64,000 nucleotides of DNA. It comes from Candidatus Nitrotoga sp. CP45 (GTDB taxonomy: Bacteria; Pseudomonadota; Gammaproteobacteria; Burkholderiales; Gallionellaceae). The notes beneath the pieces were generated by a model. The model was not told the origin of the DNA. It searched no databases and saw only the letters and a list, made by a program, of their open reading frames with translations. Where the stretch lies: contig CAMCFJ010000003.1 in the NCBI GenBank assembly GCA_945874105.1, positions 74,152 to 138,151 of the forward strand. The letters are read 5' to 3'. The position numbers and the translations under genes were made by a program. The number at the start of each line of letters is the position of its first letter. Positions within the stretch are counted from its first letter, which is position 1. Shown here piece by piece: positions 21,612-33,114 of the stretch.

Positions 21612-23039
21612 TTAGAGTGATTTACGAAGATTAACTGGGAGGATATTCAACAATTCCCGGTATTTTGCCACGGTACGCCGGGCAACCAATATGCCCTGCT
21701 GTGCCAGGATTCCAGACATGCGGCTGTCGGTTAGGGGATGACGTGCATCTTCCTGGTTAACAAACTGCTTGATGAGTGCGCGGATCGCCGTGGAGGCACA
21801 CGTACCGCCACTTTCTGTCGCGATTCCGCTACAGAAAAAATACTTGAGTTCATAGATGCCACGCGGGGTGAGCATGAATTTTTGCGTAGTCACGCGGGAG
21901 ATGGTGGATTCATGCAGATCAAGCTGTTCTGCGATTTCGCGCAGTACCAGCGGACGCATGGCGGTTTCGCCGTGCTCGAAAAAATTGCGTTGGCGATCAA
22001 CAATTGTTTGCGACACACGCAAAATAGTATCGAAACGCTGTTGTAGGTTTTTGATGAACCAGCGCGCTTCCTGTAATTGCCCGGCCAGTTGCTGCGCGTT
22101 TTTTTCATTGCCCTGCTGCAAAATATCGGCATACATTTGGTTAACGCGAAGGCGCGGCATAGCGCCCTGATTCAGGCGTACATGCCATTTTCCATGGCGG
22201 CACTCTACCACCACGTCAGGAACCACATAATCTGCGGCTCGCTGTTCATATTCAGCGCCAGGTCTTGGTTGCAGATGGGTGATGAGTGATTGCACGATGC
22301 GCAATGCGTCATCATCACAACGAAGAACTTTCTTCAGCTTGGCAAAATCGTGCGCGCCCAGCAGGTTGAGGTGATGCGTCACCAAGCGCAGCGCCAGATC
22401 ACGGCATGGGGTATTTTCCGGGAGTGCTTTGAGTTGTAGAGCCAGGCATTCGCTTAAGGTACGTGCAGCGATACCTGGCTGATCCAGATGCTGCAATTGC
22501 ACCAGTGCAGTTTCCAAGTCATCCAAGGTTATGTCGAGTTGTTCTGGCAGCATTTCGACAATTTCTTCCAGCGGCTGCGCCAGGTAACCGTTGGCATCCA
22601 ATGCGTCGATCAACAGACCGATAATTTTTCGGTCGCGCTCATCATGCTGGCTCATATTTAGTTGCCAGATGAGATGTTCGCGCAGGCTGGGAGTATCTGC
22701 CACAACTTCGGCACGCGCTTCTTTTTCATCATCCGGCCCGCTTGCTGTGGAAAAAGAAGATTCATTCCAGTCTTCTTTTATCCATTCTTCATCGGCCTGA
22801 TGTGGCACTTCATCTTTTACTTCGGTAGTATTTAGAGAGGCGGTAGAGGCAGCATCTCCATGCGCATAGGGCTGCGTAGCGTCTTCATCTTCACGTTCGA
22901 GCAATGGATTTTCGTCCAGCAAGCGTGCCACCTCCTGGTTGACATCCAGCGTGGAGAGTTGCAACAGGCGTATGGCTTGCTGTAACTGGGGGGTAAGCGT
23001 CAGTTGCTGGGATTGCTTAAGTTGTAATGTGGGTTTCAT
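21612..23039 (-). CDS. rpoN: RNA polymerase sigma-54 factor
   Basis: Gln/Leu-rich region I (MKPTLQLKQSQQLTLTPQLQQAIRLLQLS) and the C-terminal RpoN box ARRTVAKYR. I chose the start at the second Met (ATG 23039). The ORF is open to 23057. Confidence 0.92.
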   Translation of the reverse strand: MKPTLQLKQSQQLTLTPQLQQAIRLLQLSTLDVNQEVARLLDENPLLEREDEDATQPYAHGDAASTASLNTTEVKDEVPHQADEEWIKEDWNESSFSTASGPDDEKEARAEVVADTPSLREHLIWQLNMSQHDERDRKIIGLLIDALDANGYLAQPLEEIVEMLPEQLDITLDDLETALVQLQHLDQPGIAARTLSECLALQLKALPENTPCRDLALRLVTHHLNLLGAHDFAKLKKVLRCDDDALRIVQSLITHLQPRPGAEYEQRAADYVVPDVVVECRHGKWHVRLNQGAMPRLRVNQMYADILQQGNEKNAQQLAGQLQEARWFIKNLQQRFDTILRVSQTIVDRQRNFFEHGETAMRPLVLREIAEQLDLHESTISRVTTQKFMLTPRGIYELKYFFCSGIATESGGTCASTAIRALIKQFVNQEDARHPLTDSRMSGILAQQGILVARRTVAKYRELLNILPVNLRKSL

Positions 23040-23077
23040 TACGCAATATACGGACAAGAGTGGCGCATAGAGTGCAT

Positions 23078-23800
23078 CTACAGTTTGAAATGCTCGCCTA
23101 GATATACTTTTCTCACGCCTTCATTATAAATGATTTCGTCAGGCTTGCCTTCCGCCATGACCGACCCGGCGTTAATAATATAGGCGCGGTCACAGATTCC
23201 CAATGTTTCGCGAACATTATGGTCAGTAATCAACACGCCAATGTCACGTTCTTTAAGAAAACGAATGATTTTTTGAATGTCGAGCACGGCAATCGGATCC
23301 ACCCCTGCAAATGGTTCATCCAGCAGAATGAAGCGCGGATTGGTGGCCAGCGCACGAGCAATTTCGACACGTCGTCGCTCGCCCCCGGACAGGCTGATAG
23401 CTGGATTGTTACGTATATGAGTAATATGCAGATCCTCCATCAACTCATCCTGCCGTGCTTGAATTTCATCGTTACTGTAATCTTGCAATTCCAGCACAGC
23501 CTGAATATTTTGCGCGACCGTTAAGCGGCGAAAAATAGAGGCTTCCTGTGGCAGATAACCCAACCCCAAACGTGCACGGCGATGGATGGGGAGGTGGGTA
23601 ATGTTCTGTCCATCGATGAAAATGTCACCTCCGTCCGCAGCTACCAGCCCGACAATCATGTAGAAGCAGGTGGTCTTTCCGGCACCGTTAGGGCCAAGCA
23701 GCCCGACCACCTCGCCGCTCTGTACCGACAGGGAAACATCCTGCACTACGGTGCGGGAACGATAGCGCTTTTTCAGTGCAACGGCACGCAACTCGCTCAT
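23078..23800 (-). CDS. lptB: LPS export ABC transporter ATP-binding protein LptB
   Basis: GPNGAGKTT Walker A, LSGGERRR signature and LLDEPFAG Walker B. Confidence 0.92.
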   Translation of the reverse strand: MSELRAVALKKRYRSRTVVQDVSLSVQSGEVVGLLGPNGAGKTTCFYMIVGLVAADGGDIFIDGQNITHLPIHRRARLGLGYLPQEASIFRRLTVAQNIQAVLELQDYSNDEIQARQDELMEDLHITHIRNNPAISLSGGERRRVEIARALATNPRFILLDEPFAGVDPIAVLDIQKIIRFLKERDIGVLITDHNVRETLGICDRAYIINAGSVMAEGKPDEIIYNEGVRKVYLGEHFKL

Positions 23801-24390
23801 TGACGTTCGTTAGGCTTGGTTAACGTCGCTGTCGGCTTGATGGGCAGGGGTTCGCCGACTGCAGAGCGCTTGTTTTTAGGTTGGATGACAGCGCGCACGC
23901 GCCCCTTGTTGGGGGCTCCGTTCACCTGAAATATTTCAGTTTTTGAGTTATAGGTAATATGTTCCCCACGCACTTCATCCTGATCCTGCTTCATGCGCGC
24001 CTGACCGAAAAAGTCTATAACTGAAGTCTTGGTGTCATATTCAATGCGCTCGCCATACCCCTCCACATATCCGTCAACATTATCGCGCTTCTGACGAAAA
24101 CTGGCGAGCTGTCCGGTTGCCGTACCGTGCTTGAATCCTTCCTTATCCTGTACCACTACAATTTTATCGGCGTTAACGATCATCGTGCCCTGAGTGAGCT
24201 GCACCTTACCTTCAAAGACACTGATTTGTTTGAAATCATCAATGCTGAGTTTGTTTGCTTCCAAATGCATTGGCTTATCACGGTCAGCAAGTTCCGCCTG
24301 GCTGATTGGCATATGGCATACAAGCCCTATGCAGAGCAGCGTGGTGTATTTATTTATTCTCGGGCACATATTCACTGTTAACTTGCGCAA
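23797..24390 (-). CDS. lptA: LPS transport periplasmic protein LptA
   Basis: OstA-like beta-jellyroll sequence with a signal peptide ending ..PISQA. Synteny is lptC-lptA-lptB. The start is uncertain (24390 or 24369). Confidence 0.85.
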   Translation of the reverse strand: MRKLTVNMCPRINKYTTLLCIGLVCHMPISQAELADRDKPMHLEANKLSIDDFKQISVFEGKVQLTQGTMIVNADKIVVVQDKEGFKHGTATGQLASFRQKRDNVDGYVEGYGERIEYDTKTSVIDFFGQARMKQDQDEVRGEHITYNSKTEIFQVNGAPNKGRVRAVIQPKNKRSAVGEPLPIKPTATLTKPNERQ

Positions 24391-24955
24391 GCAATTTTAC
24401 TATGCGCGCTTTATTATCAAATTGCATACCTACTGCATGCACAATGTTGCGTCCATCAATCATGGTTACAGGTTGGTCTGTTTCGGCCCAGCCACGGTCA
24501 GGAATAACATGCAGATAAGTAGTGGCGAATGTAATTTCCCTTTGCGTGGCACTGGCAGACCGCACGACTTTTACATCGTCGCGTAAAAATATTTCCTCAC
24601 CCTTGCCTGAAACCATTCCATTATTCGCACTAGTATGCATGGGCGGTTGGTCTGGATCAAAACTGGTAAGTTCGGGGGCTTCCAGGTACGTGCTATCGTT
24701 GTCCGGGTAATGCAGCATTTTTTTTGCAGCCATCACGAAGCGCGGTTTGCCCTGCTCATTATGTGTGGTAGCGACAAATTTATTAACGATAAAATCCGGG
24801 TCATGGCGCTTGCTGCTGTCGGGCATGATCGGCAGCGGCTGCACTTGCTGATTCAGCCAATAAGTCGCTGCCAGCAGCAGCAGCAGCAATAGCAATAGCA
24901 TCGGTAATCCGGCGAGCCAAGCGCGCAAACGATCAATGACGAGTGAATGATTCAT
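24350..24955 (-). CDS. lptC: LPS export system protein LptC
   Basis: 201 aa with a single N-terminal TM anchor (poly-Leu) followed by an LptC-type periplasmic domain. Supported by synteny. Confidence 0.82.
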   Translation of the reverse strand: MNHSLVIDRLRAWLAGLPMLLLLLLLLLAATYWLNQQVQPLPIMPDSSKRHDPDFIVNKFVATTHNEQGKPRFVMAAKKMLHYPDNDSTYLEAPELTSFDPDQPPMHTSANNGMVSGKGEEIFLRDDVKVVRSASATQREITFATTYLHVIPDRGWAETDQPVTMIDGRNIVHAVGMQFDNKARIVKLLAQVNSEYVPENK

Positions 24956-25473
24956 GCCAGATAAGGCGCGAGTTGCGCATCCAGTGTGCCTTGCGCCGAC
25001 ATCAGCAATTCACATGCTTCACGCACCGCGCCATGGCCGCCATCACGCTCGGTGACATAGTGAGCGCGGTCGCGCACTACTTTTGGCGCATTCGGCACGC
25101 TGATAGCCAACCCGACACGAAGCATTACCGGCAGATCCATCACGTCGTCACCCATAAAAGCGACGGCATCCAATGGCAGTTTAAGTTGAGCAAGCATTTT
25201 TTGCATACTGGCGAGTTTGTCGTGAACGCCTTGATGCAGGTGCGAGATGCCGAGATGGTGCGCGCGTAGCTCCACGCAGCGGGAGGTGCGACCAGTAATG
25301 ATGGCCAGCTCCACACCGGATGCTTTGAGCATTTTCAAGCCATGTCCGTCAAGCGAATTGAAGCGCTTGAATTCTTCACCCGAGTCGGTCAAATAGAGGC
25401 CACCATCTGTCATGATGCCGTCCACATCAAAGGCGATGAGGCGAATGGATTGCGCTTGACTTAACGACATCAA
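24952..25473 (-). CDS. kdsC: 3-deoxy-D-manno-octulosonate 8-phosphate phosphatase KdsC
   Basis: HAD motif IRLIAFDVDGIMTDG. 173 aa. Confidence 0.9.
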   Translation of the reverse strand: MMSLSQAQSIRLIAFDVDGIMTDGGLYLTDSGEEFKRFNSLDGHGLKMLKASGVELAIITGRTSRCVELRAHHLGISHLHQGVHDKLASMQKMLAQLKLPLDAVAFMGDDVMDLPVMLRVGLAISVPNAPKVVRDRAHYVTERDGGHGAVREACELLMSAQGTLDAQLAPYLA

Positions 25474-26456
25474 ATTACTTTCGCACGCAGCAGATCATGC
25501 ATATTCAGAGCGCCTACCAGCTTATTGTTTGAATCTATCACCAGCATCTGGCTGATGTTATGTTGTTCCATGATCTGTACCGCCTCGACTGCCAGTGCAT
25601 CCGGCATAATACTGCGCGGATTGCGCGACATGACGGAGCTGATTGTAGTGGTGGTGAAATCAACTCGCTTTTCCAACGTGCGGCGTAAATCTCCATCAGT
25701 ATAAATGCCCAGTACCTGCCCAGCATCATCTACGATGGCGGTCATGCCTAACCCTTTGCGCGAGATTTCCAGCACTGCCTCAGCCAGCGTTGCATTTTGA
25801 TTCACAGCAGGAATCCCCTTGCCGGAATGCATAATGTCGCGCACATGGGTAAGCAGGCGGCGGCCCAGGCTTCCACCGGGATGCGAACGAGCAAAATCTT
25901 CCTCCCTGAACCCCTTTGCATCCAGCAGCGCCACGGCCAGTGCATCGCCCAATGCCAGCGCTGCCGTGGTGCTGGCGGTGGGAGCAAGCCCCAGCGGACA
26001 AGCCTCCTTGTCCACCGCAGCATCGAGATGCGCGTCCGACGCCACGGCCAAGCTGGATCGCGGATTGCCTGTCAGGCTAATCAGCCGCGCCCCCTGACGC
26101 TTGATGACTGGCACTATAGTCAATAATTCCTGGCTTTCTCCGGAATATGACAACGCAATAAACACATCTTTAGCGGTGATCATGCCTAAGTCGCCGTGGC
26201 TCGCTTCGGCGGGATGTACGAAATACGCTGGGGTGCCCGTGCTGGACAGTGTAGCGGCGATCTTGCGTGCAATATGGCCGGACTTACCCATGCCGCTTAC
26301 AATCACGCGGCCTTCGCAGGCTAAAATGATATTTAATGCCTGCAGAAAATTTTCATCAATGCGTTGCGTAAGTGCCAATACGGCTGAAGCTTCAATGTGT
26401 AATACTTCGCGAGCTAAATCAAGTGCGCGCGAGGTAGCGAAGATGGCTTTGTTCAT
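25470..26456 (-). CDS. kdsD: arabinose-5-phosphate isomerase KdsD
   Basis: SIS domain (GMGKSGHIARKIAATLSSTG) plus tandem C-terminal CBS domains. Confidence 0.9.
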   Translation of the reverse strand: MNKAIFATSRALDLAREVLHIEASAVLALTQRIDENFLQALNIILACEGRVIVSGMGKSGHIARKIAATLSSTGTPAYFVHPAEASHGDLGMITAKDVFIALSYSGESQELLTIVPVIKRQGARLISLTGNPRSSLAVASDAHLDAAVDKEACPLGLAPTASTTAALALGDALAVALLDAKGFREEDFARSHPGGSLGRRLLTHVRDIMHSGKGIPAVNQNATLAEAVLEISRKGLGMTAIVDDAGQVLGIYTDGDLRRTLEKRVDFTTTTISSVMSRNPRSIMPDALAVEAVQIMEQHNISQMLVIDSNNKLVGALNMHDLLRAKVI

Positions 26457-26589
26457 GGTGACGAATTATAACAGTGCCATTCGGGTGTAGTGCACTTTTG
26501 AAAGATCGGGATGGGCGTGAATAACATCTCTGTTATACGCTCCAACGCAATCTGAAAGGCGTTGTATTTGAAATTCCCACTGCACTTCA

Positions 26590-26730
26590 GGGCACCTCTA
26601 AAAATCCAATTTTCGTCACAATACGGCGTTACTCGAAAAAAATTATCGCTTACATATCAACTATATGCTGCGCTCAAATTTTTTACACGTGCCTTGTCTT
26701 GCCTAGAAACTTGAATTTTTAGAGGCGCCC
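26590..26730. repeat. 141-bp MITE-like repeat, copy A
   Basis: Matches the reverse complement of 41109-41249 at 136 of 141 positions with no indels (hand alignment). Its own ends form an imperfect terminal inverted repeat, GGGCACCTCTAAAAATCCAATTTT versus GGGCGCCTCTAAAAATTCAAGTTT (21/24). Confidence 0.85.
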
Positions 26731-26769
26731 TTCCATTGGGACTTCTGCGGCGCCTTACTCTCAACGAGT

Positions 26770-28068
26770 TCACGATCCCATTCTGAACCGGGCGGACTGC
26801 GCATGTGCATGCAAGCCCTCACCGAGGGCCAACTCTGCTGCAATTTCGCCCAGCATCCCTGCGCCTTGCTCGGATACTTGAATCAAGCTGCTGCGTTTCT
26901 GAAAGTCATACACCCCCAGCGGGGAAGAAAAACGTGCCGTGCCGGAAGTTGGCAGGACGTGATTGGGGCCGGCGCAATAATCACCGAGCGACTCGGAAGT
27001 GTAACGACCCAGGAAAATTGCCCCGGCATGCTTGATTTTTTTCAGCCATTGCTGAGGATTGTCCACTGAAAGCTCAAGATGCTCAGGTGCTATGCGGTTA
27101 CTGATAACACAAGCCTCATCCAAATCAGCCACTTCAATCAAGGCACCGCGGTTCTCTAATGCGGTGCGTATGATGTCGCAGCGCGGCATCTGCGCCAGCA
27201 GGCGATCTGCACTTTGCGCCACGGCTGTAGCAAAAGCGGCATCCGGGGTCAGCAGGATGGCCTGCGCTAATTCATCGTGCTCTGCTTGAGAAAACAGATC
27301 CATCGCAATCCAGTCCGGATCGGTTTGTCCATCGCAGATCACCAGAATCTCTGATGGCCCGGCCACCATATCAATGCCCACTACGCCGAATACGCGGCGC
27401 TTGGCGGCGGCCACGTAAGCGTTGCCGGGGCCGACGATTTTATCTACTCGCGGCACGGTTGCCGTGCCATAAGCCAGCGCAGCAATCGCTTGCGCCCCGC
27501 CAATGGTGAACACCCGATCCACTCCAGCCAGATGGGCTGCCGCCAGCACCAGCGCGTTTCGCACGCCGTCCGGGGTCGGCACTACCATAATGAGTTCGCC
27601 CACGCCGGCCACTTTTGCTGGTAGCGCATTCATCAACACTGAAGAGGGGTAGGCAGCTTTGCCGCCCGGTACATACAGACCAACCCGATCCAATGGCGTA
27701 ATCTGCTGACCGAGCAGGGTGCCGTCCGTCTCGGTATAACTCCATGAAACTTGCAACTGCTTTTGATGGTAAGCGGTAACGCGCTGTGCGGCCTGCTCCA
27801 GAGCGGCGCGCTGTGCGGCGGGCAATCCCTCGAAAGCGGCACGCAAGGCAGCAGGCGGCAGTTCCAGTGCAGCGCTATCATGTACCTCCATGCGATCGAA
27901 GCGCCGAGTGTATTCGAGCAGGGCCACATCGCCACGGCTGCGCACATCCGCCAGAATAGCCGCCACAGTCGCGTCCAGCTGGTCATCCTGAGTCGCCTCG
28001 AAAGCCAGCAGCCGGTCCAGTTGCGTATTGAAATCTGGCTGCCGCGTGGAAAACCGTCTGATGTTCAT
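26770..28068 (-). CDS. hisD: histidinol dehydrogenase
   Basis: 432 aa with conserved SQAEHD and [13 protein letters not shown] motifs. Confidence 0.92.
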   Translation of the reverse strand: MNIRRFSTRQPDFNTQLDRLLAFEATQDDQLDATVAAILADVRSRGDVALLEYTRRFDRMEVHDSAALELPPAALRAAFEGLPAAQRAALEQAAQRVTAYHQKQLQVSWSYTETDGTLLGQQITPLDRVGLYVPGGKAAYPSSVLMNALPAKVAGVGELIMVVPTPDGVRNALVLAAAHLAGVDRVFTIGGAQAIAALAYGTATVPRVDKIVGPGNAYVAAAKRRVFGVVGIDMVAGPSEILVICDGQTDPDWIAMDLFSQAEHDELAQAILLTPDAAFATAVAQSADRLLAQMPRCDIIRTALENRGALIEVADLDEACVISNRIAPEHLELSVDNPQQWLKKIKHAGAIFLGRYTSESLGDYCAGPNHVLPTSGTARFSSPLGVYDFQKRSSLIQVSEQGAGMLGEIAAELALGEGLHAHAQSARFRMGS

Positions 28069-28718
28069 TGAACTACCGCCGAGGCAAACGCGTCCAGCAT
28101 AGGCTGAATAGCCGCATGTTTGAGTTTAAGTGAGGCCTGATTCACCACCAAACGCGAGGAAATTGCAGAGATCTCTTCTACCGCCTTGAGGTGATTGGCC
28201 TTGAGTGTGTTGCCGCTGCTGACCAAGTCCACGATTGCATCTGACAAACCGACCAGTGGAGCCAGCTCCATCGAACCATACAATTTAATCAAATCCACAT
28301 GCACGCCTTTAGCTGCAAAATGCTCGCGCGCAGTCTGCAAGTATTTGGTCGCCACGCGCAGGCGAGCGCCCTGACGCACTGCCGATTCATAATCAAAATC
28401 GTTCCTTACTGCCACCATCATGCGGCAACGCGCAATGTTCAAATCCAGCGGTTGATACAAGCCGATGCCGCCATGCTCGTCCAGCACATCCTTGCCCGCA
28501 ATCCCCAAATCAGCAGCGCCGTATTGCACATAGGTCGGCACATCGGAAGCACGCACGATAATAAGACGTACGTCGGCACGATTGGTGGATAAAATCAACT
28601 TGCGCGTAGGCTCCGGGGCTTCCAGCGGCGTGATGCCCGCCGCCTGCAACAACGGCAAGGTCTCTTCAAAAATGCGCCCTTTGGATAAGGCGATGGTAAT
28701 CATGGGGGTATCTTTCAT
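28065..28718 (-). CDS. hisG: ATP phosphoribosyltransferase, short form
   Basis: 217 aa with [10 protein letters not shown].. and the [13 protein letters not shown] motif. It lacks the C-terminal regulatory domain, so it is the HisZ-dependent type. Confidence 0.9.
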   Translation of the reverse strand: MKDTPMITIALSKGRIFEETLPLLQAAGITPLEAPEPTRKLILSTNRADVRLIIVRASDVPTYVQYGAADLGIAGKDVLDEHGGIGLYQPLDLNIARCRMMVAVRNDFDYESAVRQGARLRVATKYLQTAREHFAAKGVHVDLIKLYGSMELAPLVGLSDAIVDLVSSGNTLKANHLKAVEEISAISSRLVVNQASLKLKHAAIQPMLDAFASAVVQ

Positions 28719-29999
<1,281 letters not shown>

Positions 30000-30005
30000 T
30001 TAATC

Positions 30006-30770
30006 TCAGTAGCGCAATTTATATCCGGACTTTAACAACCCCAAAGACAACAGCGTCAGACCAAGCATACACCCGCCCGCCACCATCAAACTTGCCCAGG
30101 GAGAAACGTCCGACACGCCGAAAAATCCATAACGAAAGCCATCTATCATATAAAAAAATGGGTTAAAGCGCGACAACGCCTGCCAAAAAGGCGGCAGCGA
30201 GTGAATGGAATAGAATACGCCGGACAAAAAAGTCAACGGCATGATAATGAAATTCTGGAACCCTGCGAGTTGATCGAATTTTTCTGCCCACATCCCGGCC
30301 ACCACCCCCAGTGAGCCAAGCATCGCGCTACCCAGAACGGCGAACAATATAATCCAGATTGGAAACAACAACGGCGGCTGGGCAAACCACAGTGCGGCCA
30401 AATATACGCCTATGCCGACCACCAAGCCGCGCAGCATGGAAGCGAGCACATATGCCGCAAAGAATTCCCAATAGGCAATCGGCGCCAGCAGCACGAACAC
30501 GATATTGCCAGTAATCTTGGACTGAATCAGGCTGGAAGAGCTGTTGGCAAAAGCGTTCTGCAACATTGCCATCATCATCAGTCCCGGGACAAGGAAGGCA
30601 GTGTAATGCACCCCCAGATACACCTCGACATGCTGTGCCAGCACATGCGAAAAAATCAGCAGATAGAGCAATGCGGTCAACACTGGAGCCAGCACGGTCT
30701 GGAAGCCCACCTTCCACACCCGGAATACCTCCTTGTAGAGCAGGCTGTAAAAACTCAACGCCCGCCTCAC
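30006..30770 (-). CDS. ABC-2 type transporter permease
   Basis: 254 aa with about 6 TM segments. It overlaps the upstream ABC ATPase gene by 4 nt. Confidence 0.8.
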   Translation of the reverse strand: MRRALSFYSLLYKEVFRVWKVGFQTVLAPVLTALLYLLIFSHVLAQHVEVYLGVHYTAFLVPGLMMMAMLQNAFANSSSSLIQSKITGNIVFVLLAPIAYWEFFAAYVLASMLRGLVVGIGVYLAALWFAQPPLLFPIWIILFAVLGSAMLGSLGVVAGMWAEKFDQLAGFQNFIIMPLTFLSGVFYSIHSLPPFWQALSRFNPFFYMIDGFRYGFFGVSDVSPWASLMVAGGCMLGLTLLSLGLLKSGYKLRY

Positions 30771-31672
30771 TGCACGGTCCGCCCCACCAAACGCAGGAAG
30801 ACTTCTTCCAAATCAGGCTGCTGCAAGGTCATCTCCTGCACCGCAACTCCAGCCAAACGCAGTTCCGCCAGCATAGACTCCAATGCTTGATAGGATGGCA
30901 ATGTCAGCAGGTAATCACCATCCGTCTGTTCGACCACTTGCGGCAGCAATGTGGCCGGCAAATCACCCGCAAGCTTCAGCCGGACGCGACAACCGGCCAG
31001 GCTGCTAAGTAGATTTTGTGTGCTATCCAGCGCGACAATCCGGCCGTGTTTGAGCATGGCAATTCGTGTGCATAAGGCTTCCGCTTCTTCCAGATAATGG
31101 GTCGTTAACAGAATGGTGTGCCCATCGCGGTTTAGCTGCTGAATGAAGCGCCATAACGATTGACGCAACTCCACGTCCACCCCGGCCGTCGGTTCATCCA
31201 ACACGATAACTGGCGGCTTATGCACCAGAGCCTGCGCCACCAACACACGGCGCTTCATCCCACCGGACAGGCGGCGCATATTGGTATCGGCCTTATCGGT
31301 CAAATCCAAGTGGTGCATCACCTCATCGATCCAGGTGTCGTTACGACGGAATCCAAAAAAGCCGGACTGTAAACGCAACGTTTCGCGCACTGTGAAAAAA
31401 GGATCAAACGCCAACTCTTGCGGCACCACACCCAACAGGCGACGACTAGCGCGATATTGCTTGACTACATCGTGCCCCAGTACGGACAGCTGCCCATCAT
31501 CTGGCAATGCAAGTCCGGCCAGCAGGTTAATCAGAGTGGTTTTGCCCGCACCGTTGGGGCCAAGCAAACCGAAAAACTCGCCCTGCTCGATACGCAAATC
31601 CACGCCATCCAGCGCTTGTAATTGGCCATAGCGCTTGCGTGCTTGGCGCACATCAATGGCAGGTGGAATCAA
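30767..31672 (-). CDS. ABC transporter ATP-binding protein (partner of the ABC-2 permease)
   Basis: [17 protein letters not shown] and VLDEPTAG motifs. The start is uncertain. The ATG at 31735 would overlap the STAS gene by 53 nt, so I favour TTG at 31672, just after the STAS stop. Confidence 0.8.
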   Translation of the reverse strand: MIPPAIDVRQARKRYGQLQALDGVDLRIEQGEFFGLLGPNGAGKTTLINLLAGLALPDDGQLSVLGHDVVKQYRASRRLLGVVPQELAFDPFFTVRETLRLQSGFFGFRRNDTWIDEVMHHLDLTDKADTNMRRLSGGMKRRVLVAQALVHKPPVIVLDEPTAGVDVELRQSLWRFIQQLNRDGHTILLTTHYLEEAEALCTRIAMLKHGRIVALDSTQNLLSSLAGCRVRLKLAGDLPATLLPQVVEQTDGDYLLTLPSYQALESMLAELRLAGVAVQEMTLQQPDLEEVFLRLVGRTVQ

Positions 31673-31682
31673 ATTGAATAAC

Positions 31683-31985
31683 TCAAGACTGAGCGGAATC
31701 GTTACCGCATAACGGCAGCATGTCCACAACGCCATACAAACGGGCCAAACTTAACAAATTCTCGGGAACATGAGCGAAACACAGTTTCACACTGCTACGC
31801 TGCGCCTCGCGTAGCCAAGCCAGCATCAAGCTGACTGCGGCAGAATCCACCGTCTCTACCTGGGCCAGGTCAATCACCAGCGGTGTTTCACCAGCGGCCT
31901 GCAAGCCATTTTTGAACAAGGGTGTAACCGTTGCAATGGTCAGATGGCTCGGTACTTGCACACGGCCTTCGTCACGGCTGATCAC
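31683..31985 (-). CDS. STAS-domain protein (MlaB-like)
   Basis: 100 aa with an anti-sigma-antagonist-like fold sequence. It directly follows mlaC. Confidence 0.7.
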   Translation of the reverse strand: MISRDEGRVQVPSHLTIATVTPLFKNGLQAAGETPLVIDLAQVETVDSAAVSLMLAWLREAQRSSVKLCFAHVPENLLSLARLYGVVDMLPLCGNDSAQS

Positions 31986-32620
31986 TTGGACGCTGCCTTA
32001 GGCAGTATTGTGCCGGTCTTTGCCTGGTTATTATCCACAAGCGTTTGAATCAATCCATCAATGCCATTCTTTTGAATCTCCTCGGCAAAGGTACCGCGAT
32101 AGTTGGTTACCAAACTCACGCCTTCGATCGACAGGTCGTATACCTTCCAGCCATTAGCCGTCTTTTCCATATCATAATTTACAGGCAGAGGTGGTTTGCC
32201 TTTGTTAAGAATTAAAGTTTTCACAGTCACTTCAGTGGCATCATTTGTCATTTTTAGCGGCTTCACTTCCACCCCCTGATCCTTGTAGGTAGTGAATGCG
32301 GTGGTGTAGGTGCGTACCAGCAAATTGCGAAACTCAATTTCCAGGTTTTTCTTCTGCTCCGGCGTAGCATTACGCCAGTTCTTGCCTACGGCGAGCCTGG
32401 TCATATGCGTAAAATTAAAATGTGGCAGCACCTTTGCATCCACCAGCTCAGTAACTTTTTTCTTGTTACCGGTCTGAATATCCTTGTCCTGCTTAACGAT
32501 GGCAAGGACTTCATCCACCGTATTTTTAATTAGCGCTTCCGGTTCTGGCATATTCGCCCGCACGCCCAGTGACACACACGCCAGCAATACCCCCACCCAC
32601 AATGCAATTATTTTTTTCAT
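31982..32620 (-). CDS. mlaC: phospholipid-binding periplasmic protein MlaC (Ttg2D family)
   Basis: 212 aa with a signal peptide. Sits in the mlaFEDC synteny. Confidence 0.82.
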   Translation of the reverse strand: MKKIIALWVGVLLACVSLGVRANMPEPEALIKNTVDEVLAIVKQDKDIQTGNKKKVTELVDAKVLPHFNFTHMTRLAVGKNWRNATPEQKKNLEIEFRNLLVRTYTTAFTTYKDQGVEVKPLKMTNDATEVTVKTLILNKGKPPLPVNYDMEKTANGWKVYDLSIEGVSLVTNYRGTFAEEIQKNGIDGLIQTLVDNNQAKTGTILPKAASK

Positions 32621-32639
32621 ATTTATATCTATCCGTACG

Positions 32640-33113
32640 TTATTTATTAGGCTGCTTGGAGTCTTCAGCCTTGCTATATAAGAACCTGCTGATTAAATCC
32701 TCCAGCACCACGGCAGACTGAGTTTTCTTGATTTCGTCGCCAGCCTTCAGAAATGCTTCATCGCCACCCGGAATCAGGCCGATGTACTGTTCGCCTAACA
32801 ATCCCGAAGTCAGGATATTGGCGAAGGTATCTTTGGGGAACTTGTAGCGCTTGTCTATCGTCATCGTCACTTTAGCTTCATAGCGCTCGGGATCGAGGCT
32901 GATCTGCGCCACCCGTCCAACGAGTACTCCAGAACTTTTGATGGATGCCTGGGACTTTAGTCCACCGATGTTGGAAAAATGAGCCTGCAACTGATATGTC
33001 TCGGACATATTGTATGTACTCAAATTCCCCACCTTGAGCGCAAGCACTGCCAATGCCCCCAAGCCTGCCACGACAAATATGCCGACCCATAAATCCAGCG
33101 TGGTGCGTTTCAT
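32640..33113 (-). CDS. mlaD: outer membrane lipid asymmetry protein MlaD (MCE domain)
   Basis: 157 aa with an N-terminal TM anchor followed by an MCE domain. Confidence 0.85.
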   Translation of the reverse strand: MKRTTLDLWVGIFVVAGLGALAVLALKVGNLSTYNMSETYQLQAHFSNIGGLKSQASIKSSGVLVGRVAQISLDPERYEAKVTMTIDKRYKFPKDTFANILTSGLLGEQYIGLIPGGDEAFLKAGDEIKKTQSAVVLEDLISRFLYSKAEDSKQPNK

Positions 33114-33114
33114 A

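Noticed and set aside
24872-24900. (CAG)5-CAATAGCAATAGCA trinucleotide tract in lptC, encoding a poly-Leu run on the minus strand.
   Set aside because: It is in-frame, short, and simply encodes the hydrophobic membrane anchor of LptC. There is no evidence for phase variation.
26650-26700. Small ORF (MLRSNFLHVPCLA) inside the MITE-like repeat.
   Set aside because: It is only 13 codons with no ribosome-binding site. One of the five differences between the two copies falls inside it and another in its stop codon. The repeat is better explained as non-coding.
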